Below are positions 47,334 through 56,718 of a stretch of 64,000 nt of DNA, piece by piece. The notes beneath the pieces were generated by a model. That model worked only from the letters and a program-made list of their open reading frames with translations, ran no database searches and was not told where the DNA came from. Source of the DNA: Oligoflexales bacterium (GTDB taxonomy: Bacteria; Bdellovibrionota_B; Oligoflexia; Oligoflexales; RGVZ01); contig JBILMN010000001.1 of NCBI GenBank assembly GCA_044375465.1, positions 47,052 through 111,051 on the forward strand, written 5' to 3'. Position 1 is the first letter of the stretch. Each line of letters opens with the position of its first letter. Position numbers and translations under genes: made by a program.

Positions 47334-49385
47334 TTATTTCTTTGGCACGCAAGGCATCTGGCTTTCGCAGAGCAACTGATCGGCATGAGCCTGAGTTGAC
47401 GCCTTGTGCCACCAAATGACAAATTGACGTATAGAGTATATGGGATCGAATTTAGCACCATCTAAACTATTACGAGTTGCCACAATCAATTTTCCAAGCA
47501 AACCATCGCTGCCATTCATCGAATGACCCGAGCGGATCACACGCACGCCCTTGCTAACCATCGGTGCAAAGCTGTCGGGGTTGAGGCGGAAGCCACCAAG
47601 CATCTCCAGATTGTTAATCCTGTCAATGTTGTTGCGGTCGACCACTAATTTCGCTCCACGAATGATGGCATGGCCATTGATGATGGCATGGCCATTGATG
47701 ATGGCATGGCCATTGATAATAGCGTGGCCATTCATCAGCCAGTAGGCGTTTGGCTGTGATAGCGAGGGGGTCGTCTCGCTGGAATCAGAGAACCCTAACA
47801 CTTCTTGGAAGCTCCATTCACCGCGAAGTAGAGGGAAATGCTCTGGATTACGCGGACTGCCAAAGCGTCCATAAGAGCAGTGATCATCCCCTCGGATGAT
47901 GCGCAGAACGCGGTCAAATGGATTGAATGTGAGACCACATTTACTATCCTTTGCAAGCCAATCATTCGGAATGTACTGGAGGCTTGTCAGGTCTATGGCA
48001 ACCAGTGAATTCGTATCGTTTGGCCGCTCCATGGAAAGCCCTACCACCTCGCCGTTCAGGTTGACAATAGGACCCCCTGAAAGACCTGCTTCCGCCAAAT
48101 GAACGTTTGTATCGATGGCCTGGAGCTTGAATTTGATCACGGGCCCAAAATTCGATGTATCGTCTGTTGGCCACCCCCCAGGATGCAGATATCCACGGCG
48201 GTGACTGATGGCCCCATTACCAGATACGGGGAAGCCAAAGACATCCAAAGCTGTGTTGTAGCTCATCATACGAGCGATTGACAATCCTTGCAGATCATCG
48301 GCATTCAATGACCCAATTTCTAGGATTTGCGACTCTGTCTCTGGGGTCAGCGCCAAAAGAGCAAGATCCGTCTCCATATTGGTCACAAGTAATTGCGCCG
48401 CTTTAGCGTACAGACGTCCACCAATCAGCAAATCATAGGTATCACCCTCATCAAAAAAACTAACTTGGTTGCTAAAGGCGCTCTGGATGTGGTCGCGAGG
48501 CCCGATTCCGTAGCTATTCGGAAACAAGTGTGCTGCAGTTAAGACATACTTGGTCGTGGCTGGCAGGTTTTTCAGTTGGTCGGTCGTTTCGCGGCCAAAC
48601 ACCGGGAACACCATTTCCGGGTTTGCAATAAAAAATCCGGTACCCAACGAAAAGTTACCCTCAAGGGTGATCTGAACAGTAGATCGGATCACGCGTTGCT
48701 GGTGCCATGTCGGAAGGGAAGGGGTACTGCTTGTCAGTCGTGATGGCTCTGATTGGATAGCATGGACTGCCAGCGGACTCGGAGTCATTTCAAAAAGAGG
48801 TTTTGGATAATGGAGCGCGTCCATCTCTGGGATTACGATCCAGAACACACCGTTTTGATGATTAAATGTCCTCCCAAAAACCTTGACACTAACACTAAGT
48901 CCGATCGTTCCTGACGGCGTGTCCGCAGAGACCGTAACATCCATCAAACAACGAAAGCCATTTGCCGTGGGATTTTTGTCACAAATGGGCGCGGACACTT
49001 GCACGAACCGACCGGACCAGCCCCCTGCTTGGCTGCGATGAAGACTATTTTCGTCCGTCTCTCTCCACGAACCATGCAGATCGAAATTGAGATCATCCCC
49101 CATCAGTTGGTTGGCATAATATTGTTCAATGCGGAGGGTCCTCGATTTTGTCTCGGACCTAAGAACTGCAGGAACCCCAGGAGGATAAACGAATTTTTCC
49201 TTGGGATCATCGGTGACTTGCCACATGACGGAACTGAGTAGCTTCTGTTGGCCACCGGCCAAGGCCAGCCTAGGGGACAACAAGCCAAACATAACGAAAA
49301 TTAATACTCCAGCACCATCCATGGTGAGTAAACGCGCAAGTCTCATTCGGACAGATCCTTTATCCAGCGACATTCGAGGCGACAA
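47334..49385 (-). CDS. Secreted trypsin-like (S1 family) serine protease with large flanking domains and an NGHAII x4 repeat
   Basis: Signal peptide. Catalytic triad context LTAAHLF (His), DLALLAL (Asp), GLSGGPIVN (Ser). Tandem NGHAII repeats lie near the C-terminal third. Confidence 0.75.
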   Translation of the reverse strand: MSPRMSLDKGSVRMRLARLLTMDGAGVLIFVMFGLLSPRLALAGGQQKLLSSVMWQVTDDPKEKFVYPPGVPAVLRSETKSRTLRIEQYYANQLMGDDLNFDLHGSWRETDENSLHRSQAGGWSGRFVQVSAPICDKNPTANGFRCLMDVTVSADTPSGTIGLSVSVKVFGRTFNHQNGVFWIVIPEMDALHYPKPLFEMTPSPLAVHAIQSEPSRLTSSTPSLPTWHQQRVIRSTVQITLEGNFSLGTGFFIANPEMVFPVFGRETTDQLKNLPATTKYVLTAAHLFPNSYGIGPRDHIQSAFSNQVSFFDEGDTYDLLIGGRLYAKAAQLLVTNMETDLALLALTPETESQILEIGSLNADDLQGLSIARMMSYNTALDVFGFPVSGNGAISHRRGYLHPGGWPTDDTSNFGPVIKFKLQAIDTNVHLAEAGLSGGPIVNLNGEVVGLSMERPNDTNSLVAIDLTSLQYIPNDWLAKDSKCGLTFNPFDRVLRIIRGDDHCSYGRFGSPRNPEHFPLLRGEWSFQEVLGFSDSSETTPSLSQPNAYWLMNGHAIINGHAIINGHAIINGHAIIRGAKLVVDRNNIDRINNLEMLGGFRLNPDSFAPMVSKGVRVIRSGHSMNGSDGLLGKLIVATRNSLDGAKFDPIYSIRQFVIWWHKASTQAHADQLLCESQMPCVPKK
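47661..47732 (-). repeat. In-frame 18-bp tandem repeat, four copies, encoding (NGHAII)4
   Basis: Units at 47661-47678, 47679-47696, 47697-47714 and 47715-47732. The two central units are identical. All four nucleotide differences in the outer units are synonymous. Confidence 0.95.
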
Positions 49386-49521
49386 AAAAGCTAAAGTGGT
49401 TGCTACAGATAGTTATAGTCGTGTTTTCGTGCCCGAGGCAAGGTATTTTCCGGTCATTTTTCTCAAAACGCATTTTCATCTGCACGCACGCGGTATATAA
49501 CAACACTCAGGCATCCCGTGG

Positions 49522-51750
49522 ATGAGAATTATGCTTATGAATGAACACATTGAGATCGCTCAGAAAGCCGCCAAAGAATGTCATACCAAGGCTCATTGGG
49601 ATGATTTCTACGAGCAGTACGGAATGCTTTTATCAGCTGATGCGTCGGGAAAATTGGTGGCGACCGTCTTCAAACGGCTCCAGTCTGATCCTCAATCCCT
49701 GTATTATAGCCCAAACCTTTGGGGATCACTGATTCAAGGCGCCATCGCCAGCTGGAATATCGAGACAGGGGTAGCGATTGCTGAATTTTCACGCAAGCTG
49801 ACGACGCCAGCAGTTAGCATCCCTGCGGCTCAGGTACTTTTGGACGGCGGCAAGCCCTCTTTGAGCCGAGAGTTCGCCCAGCGAGCCTTGCGACTGGGTG
49901 GATTATCCGATCTAGAGCGGGTTCAGCTCGAATTGATCGTCGCAAGCAGCTTTGCGGAGGATGGAAAAACTGATCACGCCGTGCGGGTACTGGCTAGGGT
50001 CACGCCTCTGGTTAGAAGCGCTGTGATGTCGCAACGCGAGCGGTCTGATTTCGTCGTGCGCATGGGGCGTTTGCAGTACTTTATGGGTAAGTACCCCGCT
50101 GCCGCAGCGTCATTCGAGCAAGCAGTTCCCCTCATGCTGGAACTTAAGGATTGGGAGGGTGCGGCAAAGGCCCTCTTCAATGCCGGCGCCTGTATTCAAA
50201 ATAGCGGCACCGACCAGACAGAAGCCGCCTCGGCGATGGTTGAGCGGTGCCGTAATTTAAGCATCGAGCACCATTTGCCCGGTCCTTTATCCCATTGTGA
50301 GGCTTTTTACGGAGTTGAATCCTTCAACAAAGGTCAATTCATCGCGGCACGTGAGCATTTTCGCCGAGCCATGACCGTACTTCCAGCAAGTGACAAGACC
50401 TTCCGACGTCTTCACATTATGTCTTTTCTGAGCATGACCTATTTCTCGCTGGGTCGATTCAATCTCGGAATCAAATTTGGTCGCCAGACGTTGGAATTGG
50501 CAGAACTGGATACCAGTGACCGATTTAAGACTCGGTATAAAGCCCTCGAAGCGGAGATTTTATGGGAGGAAGGGAAAATACCTGAAAGCATGGCGCTATT
50601 GCGACATGTCGCTCATCAGTTATCCTTACATGGCGTAAAACAGTTGGAAGAACTTTCAACGCTCACTCGCTATCAGGTACAGCTAGCCATCTTAGGAGAA
50701 ACAACACACGAAACCTTTAAAATCGACGAATCTTTGCGGCACAATCAAACAACATGGCTGCCATATCAGTATTCCTGTGCCTTGCTGCGCGCTTCCGTTG
50801 GGGGGCAGGACTATCCCGTCGATGACCTAAAGACCTGTCTAGCGACCGCGAAAGCTCTCGGGATGCTGCAGTATCAGGCATTATCGGCCTTGACCTCGAT
50901 TCGATGCCATCTGCAAAGAGGCGATGTCCAACAAGCGTTGACGTTGGTGCCGGCCCTCGAGACAACCGTCTCACGGATTGGCGACACGCCCATCAGAGCA
51001 AAGCTGCAGTTCATCTACGCAGCGATCGCCTATCAAAGCGGAGATTTCCAGCGCTGCGTCAAAATTCTTCAGGCCGTTGATAAAATGGCGGCGGTCAGCT
51101 GGACTGATCGTTTTGCCGTGCAGGCTTGTTTGGCAACCATTCGCGGCGAAAGTCCACGCTTTCAGCACCAGTGGCAAGAGCGGATTGTTGCACGCTTTGT
51201 CCGTGGATATTTTGCCCCTAGCGTCCAGTTTAATGCCGACCGGGAGATTCTAGTATCGGGACATTATCGTGTGAGTTTGGACAAACACCCAGCGATGAGT
51301 GATCTTTTACTGTATCTCTACGAAAAGGGCCCTCAAGGCGCCACTCTGGCAGACGTCCAAAGTGGCGTTTGGAAGCAGAGCCTCAACACCCAGGGGTGGC
51401 AGCAAAAAATTCGCAATTCCGTCATGCGTCTCAGAGACTTATTTCCGTACACCATGGCACCAATACTTGTGCATCATGACCGACTCAGATTTTTCGGCGA
51501 AGCCATTCGCGTTGTTCGCGAAGAGCGCGTTGATTTAGCGCCGGAAATTCAAGTCCGCCGCGCCCTCAGCGAGGGTCCGCTGTCGAGCCAGCAAATCGCC
51601 GACAAAATCGCCGTTTCGTTGGCCACAACGAAACGTCTTTTGCGAAAATTATCCGAGCAAAACATCATTGCGACCGAGAAACATGGACGCAATGTGCTCT
51701 ATCATGTTGGCACAGCGGCACCGTCTCAATCGATACTTTTGAATCACTGA
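49522..51750 (+). CDS. Large all-alpha (TPR-like) regulator with C-terminal OmpR/PhoB-type winged helix plus a second wHTH
   Basis: About 550 aa of TPR-like helical repeats. Then LLLYLYEKGPQGATLADVQSGVWKQSLNTQGWQQKIRNSVMRLRDLF (trans_reg_C-like). Then LSSQQIADKIAVSLATTKRLLRKLSEQNII (MarR/ArsR-like HTH). There is no P-loop. Confidence 0.6.
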   Translation: MRIMLMNEHIEIAQKAAKECHTKAHWDDFYEQYGMLLSADASGKLVATVFKRLQSDPQSLYYSPNLWGSLIQGAIASWNIETGVAIAEFSRKLTTPAVSIPAAQVLLDGGKPSLSREFAQRALRLGGLSDLERVQLELIVASSFAEDGKTDHAVRVLARVTPLVRSAVMSQRERSDFVVRMGRLQYFMGKYPAAAASFEQAVPLMLELKDWEGAAKALFNAGACIQNSGTDQTEAASAMVERCRNLSIEHHLPGPLSHCEAFYGVESFNKGQFIAAREHFRRAMTVLPASDKTFRRLHIMSFLSMTYFSLGRFNLGIKFGRQTLELAELDTSDRFKTRYKALEAEILWEEGKIPESMALLRHVAHQLSLHGVKQLEELSTLTRYQVQLAILGETTHETFKIDESLRHNQTTWLPYQYSCALLRASVGGQDYPVDDLKTCLATAKALGMLQYQALSALTSIRCHLQRGDVQQALTLVPALETTVSRIGDTPIRAKLQFIYAAIAYQSGDFQRCVKILQAVDKMAAVSWTDRFAVQACLATIRGESPRFQHQWQERIVARFVRGYFAPSVQFNADREILVSGHYRVSLDKHPAMSDLLLYLYEKGPQGATLADVQSGVWKQSLNTQGWQQKIRNSVMRLRDLFPYTMAPILVHHDRLRFFGEAIRVVREERVDLAPEIQVRRALSEGPLSSQQIADKIAVSLATTKRLLRKLSEQNIIATEKHGRNVLYHVGTAAPSQSILLNH

Positions 51751-51820
51751 TTCCTCTAAAAATGCGCGGAATGGATCAGACCGCGATTCATAGCATTCAA
51801 CATCCTTCATGGTCTAAGTC

Positions 51821-52105
51821 TTAAATGAGCGCGTCGGCCCATAGTTTTTCGATAAAAGATTTCCAGTGCAAGCAGGCGGTCTCATTTCGGACCGCATCAG
51901 CGGGGTCCCTGGAGACGATGAAATATTTCTTGATTAGGCCGTCTTCTTTTAGGGCCTTAATACCCTTGAAATCAGAGCTATCGAGTCGTTTTGTGGCCTT
52001 GACCTCGATAGTGCCTTGTGCGGGCGCAGCATCAAAAGGATGTTTGCGAATGAAGACGCCAAAACAATTACAGCTATGAAATTTCGAATTTTGGTTCTCA
52101 TCCAT
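51821..52105 (-). pseudogene. C-terminal fragment of a DUF4143-type AAA+ ATPase gene
   Basis: IEVKATKRLDSSDFKGIKALKEDGLIKKYFIVSRD resembles the C-terminal DUF4143 module. The ~300-aa ATPase part is absent. Confidence 0.5.
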
Positions 52106-52109
52106 TCAC

Positions 52110-52263
52110 TCAAGAGTCTTCAGCAAACCACTCAAAAAAACCCTCTTGCTTTATCTTCTTCATGTCTAACGCAATATCAGGCCCAATCCCAGCAACTTCG
52201 TTGCCTCCATATTTGCGATGTCATCGCGCACTTTTCTAATTTCTTCAATAATAGGATCTTTCA
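52110..52263 (-). pseudogene. Frameshifted small ORF (TA-partner-like)
   Basis: MKDPIIEEIRKVRDDIA... stops after 32 codons. Shifting frame by one nt continues as YGGNEVAGIGPDIALDMKKIKQEGFFEWFAEDS*. Confidence 0.45.
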
Positions 52264-52299
52264 TTGATTCATCTCTCGAAAGCTCTACTGGGGTGCAGA

Positions 52300-52554
52300 T
52301 CACCGGTGATCGAACACCTTGATCTCGACACGCTTGTTGGATTTTGAGACATATCTGGGCACATTAGCGATGTGATTGCAGTTCCAGGTTAAAAGATCGT
52401 CCATGCCATGGACTGCGGAAACAGCAACATGATAAGAATCCTGAATGGCTTTCTTAGGAACAGCCTTTACTCGAATCAAATGTTCGGCAAGGTCAATGAC
52501 AGTATCGGAAATGTCCAAAACTGAAATTTTTCTAATAGCCGCTTGGGTTTCACG
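52300..52554 (-). pseudogene. Remnant of a PIN-like (VapC-family) toxin gene, truncated at the 5' end and frameshifted at the 3' end
   Basis: DSYHVAVSAVHGMDDLLTWNCNHIAN matches the C-terminal core of a PIN-like family. The expected tail (RSPVICTPVEL) is in another frame. An in-frame TAG at 52555-52557 removes the N-terminus. Confidence 0.45.
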
Positions 52555-52702
52555 CTATATTCCTTCAATAAGATCGAATGCTTGATTTTATTTCTTGTTA
52601 GCAACAAGAATCCACATGCTCAGAATCTTAGCACGTCGATGATCATATAAAAATTAGCCAGTTGAGCTTGTGAGAGAAGAAAAGTTTGCTTTAGGAAGGG
52701 AA

Positions 52703-52779
52703 TGGGGTGGCTGATGGGACTTGAACCCACGGATGGCGGAATCACAATCCGCTGCGTTAACCACTTCGCCACAGCCACC
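52703..52779 (-). tRNA. tRNA-His (GTG anticodon), with encoded G-1 and CCA
   Basis: The reverse complement reads G-GTGGCTG-TG-GCGA-AGTGGTTAA-CGC...GCGGA-TTGTGAT-TCCGC...GTGGGTTCAAGTCCCAT-CAGCCAC-C-CCA. This gives a cloverleaf with anticodon GTG and the His-specific extra 5' G. Confidence 0.93.
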
Positions 52780-52799
52780 GTAGCGTGAGAAGAGGACAT

Positions 52800-52827
52800 A
52801 AGTTACACTGTTAGCGATGCTAGTCAA
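52800..52827 (-). promoter_or_regulatory. Candidate sigma-70 promoter for tRNA-His
   Basis: On the minus strand, TTGACT (52827-52822), a 16-nt spacer, then TAACTT (52805-52800), about 20 nt upstream of the tRNA 5' end. Confidence 0.3.
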
Positions 52828-52855
52828 TAGGATTCTTAGGGATTCTTGGCCGTCT

Positions 52856-55645
52856 TTAAGGAGGCAGCAATCTCCCGCTTTCTATCTGAAATTCCAAGGA
52901 CTTTTCCTCACTCCACAGGATCCCATTGCCGCTGATGGCCAGCGTAAGCTTAAAAGCCCCTCCTGATGTAAGGGATTCTTCGGATATGAGATTGGCAAGT
53001 AAACTTTGGGGCCCGGAGAGTCGAATGACAAAATTAACGCGTTCGGGATTTTTCAGACCTTCGTCAAAAGCGAGTGGTACCTCAACAACGTCCTCAAACA
53101 ATTTTAGTTTTGCCAGCTGAATTTTTCCGGTTTGTTCGAGCTTTGCATAGACAAGCGCATGATCAGAAGCTCCAATTTTAGCCGCAGAAATTTTTGCGAT
53201 CAGGATTGGGCTTGGTGTCTCCGTGCCACCATTTTTTGGCACACGTCGCGTTGGGATTCTTTCCTCACGATAGAGTGAAATTTTCTTAAATCGAGGTCGC
53301 ACTCCTGAGAATGTCAGATTGGATGGATTGAATTTATTTTCGATGTCCTTTGTAGAGTCATACCTTGCTGGAGGTGGAAAGCTCTTTTCTCCCGTAAATC
53401 GATGCCCATCCATTTTTTTAAATCGATTTTTGACGTCATCCGGGGCATTACCCTTGGGCTGAGCCTCCAATTCAACAGACCGAGGCACCTCACTAAGATT
53501 GGCAAGTAGCAATAGTCCATGGATTCTTTGAGTAGGATAATCTGTGGCGAAAAACGACCTGAGAGCTGTCTGCTTTTCCTCTGGTGTTTTTTCTTTATGG
53601 AACTGCTTAAGTGCTGCAACCGCACTCTCGATTTCGTCAACCGCGTCGGCGGCCTCCCAACGCACGTCGATCACCCGCAACGGTTTACTCAGTAAGCTGG
53701 AAAACCTGTGCAGATTCCTCCAAAAAATAGACCTCTCCCAGCTTGAGCATTTTGGCTCATCGGAGATGTCAAATGCCTTGCAGAATGCCTGCCACAATGC
53801 GAAACGCGGTTTTGCCGCGATGGCCGAGATCTGCTCATTGGTAAGCCGCACACTGGCATACCCCTCAAAGCGCCCGAGATGTGTTGGCGTCACGTGAATT
53901 GATTGCGTAGTTTTTTGATCATGGGATAGAAAAACCTGCTGTCGCCGCCGAGCAAGTAAATCAGGCTCGCGAGTCTCAAATTTTGGCAGACCTTTTAATT
54001 CGAGCTGCGTGAATTTCGACAGCTCCGCCAGGTAGTCCGTCAATTCTTCTGTCTCAACAAATTTATCATTGAGCGCAAGACTAAACGACACATCGATTGG
54101 ATTGCCATCGGCAATAAATTCAAATCGGCTTTTTGGTTGCCCATCTCCTTCGTCCTTCTCGATAACTTTTCGCACCATCAGATCGGCCTGTAGACTGATT
54201 TTTTCTTCGGCACGCCCGGTAAGCATGTTCCAGCGCCCTCGGTCCAAATCCTCTTTGGCTTCCAGGATAAAATAGCGGCCAGACGCGTCAGTGATCTCAA
54301 TCTCGGCGTCGGAGTGGGTACGATTGGTTCGTTTATTTGTAATAAAAATATTGTGCCCCGTCGCCATAGCCGTCTCATTGCGTCGCTCATTTTTGGTATA
54401 AAAATATTTGACGCCTGTCTCGAACTTGTCTTCTCTGGATCTCAGCCAAGAAATCTGTGCGGGAGCAAAATTACCATGAACCGCCTCTAAATAAGCCGTT
54501 CTCGCCTCTTCGTTACTAAGGTCAAACGCGTAAACTCGCCCCAACACGTCACTCACGGCCTCTTCGACAGCAAAATCAATAGGGAACACTGGAGCTGGCA
54601 TACCCCGCCAAAGTGGAATTGTTTTTGAGAGGAGGTAATAAGTTTTTCCAAGCTTTGTCTCGATGCGTTGACCTAGCCGAGAGCCATTAGTCATACCAAC
54701 CCAAACTGTATTAGGGTCCTTTTTGAGGATGTTGATCCGATATTCCCCCGTACGGAATACTGTCAAAGGCAGCTTCGCCTCCAGAGCAGTCGGACCAGTT
54801 AATACTTGATCCTTAAAACCGTGAACCCCTTGAGTCATCTCCACACCGAGGTTCACTCCTCCACTTATGGAATAACTTTTGATAGCGCCAATATCCATGG
54901 CCTTCACAGACTCAATGGACAGTGGAAACGTAAAGGGAGCCTCAACCCGATGCAAGGGGTCATACATTTCATTGGCATTGAAGGAGGGGGGAAGCACTGC
55001 CTCAAGTATGGGTAAAATGCCAAGCCAATTATTCACCGCTACACGCCACCACGGTAAATTCTTATTATCGTGAACGCGCATGGGGTCTGATCGCAGATAA
55101 ATATCATAAACGTCAGTTGATTGCTGTGCGCCCAACATGACCGGAATCTCATTGTAGCGATATAACTCTCTGGAAAAACCTGGTCCAACACCTAGTCGAT
55201 CCACAACGACGTAGGCACCACTTCTTGCAGTGAATACCTCGCGCGTCAAACCTAGGTTTATGTCCGCGGATCCTGTCAGTGGCCACTTTAATTTGTTGTC
55301 AAGCAACCCATAAAATAGCGACTCCATAAGTGTATCAATCGAGTGATTGATCGCATCAGCCCCGCTGCTCAAACCGGAAGCCAACACAGGATTGCGAAAT
55401 AAACGATCAATAGGCCGCGTAGCAGGGCGGTCCATGTCATCAGATGTTGGATCGTCAAGCTCCACTACAGTGCTTAGCGGTTCAGCCGGTGCTATCGTAT
55501 TGACCGGTCGCGGGGTGTTTTGTGTCCGTTGCGCGTTTTTTTGATGACTGGCTTTGGGATGTCCGCGACTATTTTTGGAATCTGCGGAAGCCACTGAGCC
55601 GCAGATTAAGAAGAAAAACACCACCATCAGGCTGGAGTAACTCAT
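52856..55645 (-). CDS. Large exported protein of unknown function (929 aa)
   Basis: Signal peptide MSYSSLMVVFFFLICGSVASA. The long uninterrupted ORF has no motif I can assign. Its start overlaps the upstream stop (ATGA). Confidence 0.7.
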   Translation of the reverse strand: MSYSSLMVVFFFLICGSVASADSKNSRGHPKASHQKNAQRTQNTPRPVNTIAPAEPLSTVVELDDPTSDDMDRPATRPIDRLFRNPVLASGLSSGADAINHSIDTLMESLFYGLLDNKLKWPLTGSADINLGLTREVFTARSGAYVVVDRLGVGPGFSRELYRYNEIPVMLGAQQSTDVYDIYLRSDPMRVHDNKNLPWWRVAVNNWLGILPILEAVLPPSFNANEMYDPLHRVEAPFTFPLSIESVKAMDIGAIKSYSISGGVNLGVEMTQGVHGFKDQVLTGPTALEAKLPLTVFRTGEYRINILKKDPNTVWVGMTNGSRLGQRIETKLGKTYYLLSKTIPLWRGMPAPVFPIDFAVEEAVSDVLGRVYAFDLSNEEARTAYLEAVHGNFAPAQISWLRSREDKFETGVKYFYTKNERRNETAMATGHNIFITNKRTNRTHSDAEIEITDASGRYFILEAKEDLDRGRWNMLTGRAEEKISLQADLMVRKVIEKDEGDGQPKSRFEFIADGNPIDVSFSLALNDKFVETEELTDYLAELSKFTQLELKGLPKFETREPDLLARRRQQVFLSHDQKTTQSIHVTPTHLGRFEGYASVRLTNEQISAIAAKPRFALWQAFCKAFDISDEPKCSSWERSIFWRNLHRFSSLLSKPLRVIDVRWEAADAVDEIESAVAALKQFHKEKTPEEKQTALRSFFATDYPTQRIHGLLLLANLSEVPRSVELEAQPKGNAPDDVKNRFKKMDGHRFTGEKSFPPPARYDSTKDIENKFNPSNLTFSGVRPRFKKISLYREERIPTRRVPKNGGTETPSPILIAKISAAKIGASDHALVYAKLEQTGKIQLAKLKLFEDVVEVPLAFDEGLKNPERVNFVIRLSGPQSLLANLISEESLTSGGAFKLTLAISGNGILWSEEKSLEFQIESGRLLPP

Positions 55646-56664
55646 GAACGGACCCCCAGCCGCACGAGGATGAACCAGTGGCTCAACTTTGCCCGATCTT
55701 CCCGCTTTGCGTAACCGATCTGGCTCTCAATCTCTGTGTACTTCAGCAGATCATATACGCCGCCGAAACTACCGATACGCGCACGGCGGAAAATATCCTC
55801 GTATTGAAATTTAAAACGAAAGTGGTCCTGCTCTCGAGAAAGGTAGCTCAATCTGATTTGTTGTCGAAACTCATCAGGATCATAGGGGTACAGTTTGAAT
55901 TGCCGCGTGATCTCAAAACCGGTTTCATCGCCGCGCCCGTTGATATTCAGGACACCAAAATTGATCGATCGACGCAGTAGTCCATCTCCAAAGCCGCCCA
56001 ATACAAATCGTGTCCCTTCCAACGCAGCAACATCGTACATGATTCTTACCGCGCCAAAGAGCCTTTGTTTTTCGGACAGATGCTGATCCGGGAGACGGCC
56101 ATACGTACCCTGAACGGTCCAATCGACCTGGTTATCGTAGGTGTATGCGGCAAAATCAACTGCAGGGGCCTCAAACTTCTCTAGGCTCCACAAATAGTCC
56201 ATAGCGTATCGTTGTTGATGATCAATGGCAACCTGGGGATGGCCCTGACCGACGCTGATCCGATGTCGAGAGAGAGCATTATTGCCAATTTGAACGCTGA
56301 TGACATCTCTTTTCGACTCACGCTTTGCCGCCTCTTTACCGTCGCGCTCCATGAGCGTTTGCGAGTGCCCTTTTGTGTGCAACGAGACATATGGGGTAAA
56401 AAAGACGGACGCCTCTCCTTCGGCATAAAAGAGCCATGGTGGGGGAGAGTGCTCTTCGTTTCTTGATTTTTGCGCGCCAATCACGTTTGCGTTCGCATTG
56501 ACACATAGGTTGACAAGGCCCTGAGATGTTTGGATTGGATCAGACTTTAGGGTGCAGGTCCCGTGATACAGAACCTTCCCATAGGAAGCGCTACACATGG
56601 TAGCGAACGCGAAACTTATAAAATTCAGACGAAGTCGAACCATATGTTCGGTGAATCTCCGCAT
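55642..56664 (-). CDS. Exported beta-rich protein of unknown function (340 aa, possible outer-membrane barrel)
   Basis: Signal-like N-terminus (LNFISFAFATMCSASYG), alternating beta-strand pattern with many aromatic and Gly residues, translationally coupled to the 929-aa ORF. Confidence 0.6.
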   Translation of the reverse strand: MRRFTEHMVRLRLNFISFAFATMCSASYGKVLYHGTCTLKSDPIQTSQGLVNLCVNANANVIGAQKSRNEEHSPPPWLFYAEGEASVFFTPYVSLHTKGHSQTLMERDGKEAAKRESKRDVISVQIGNNALSRHRISVGQGHPQVAIDHQQRYAMDYLWSLEKFEAPAVDFAAYTYDNQVDWTVQGTYGRLPDQHLSEKQRLFGAVRIMYDVAALEGTRFVLGGFGDGLLRRSINFGVLNINGRGDETGFEITRQFKLYPYDPDEFRQQIRLSYLSREQDHFRFKFQYEDIFRRARIGSFGGVYDLLKYTEIESQIGYAKREDRAKLSHWFILVRLGVRS

Positions 56665-56718
56665 GGTAAGCCGATTTAATATGAATGTTGTATCAAAATG
56701 CGACGTTTTCGTCGTGAA

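Noticed and set aside
47661-47732. The tandem repeat considered as a CRISPR or other non-coding array.
   Set aside because: The units are contiguous with no spacers, are 18 nt long, lie in frame within a long ORF, and differ only by synonymous changes. It is a coding repeat.
51751-51830. A search for a direct repeat of the tRNA-His 3' end (att-like) at the distal border of the pseudogene islet.
   Set aside because: No match longer than about 5 nt to the tRNA 3' arm was seen, so the island border cannot be defined from this window.
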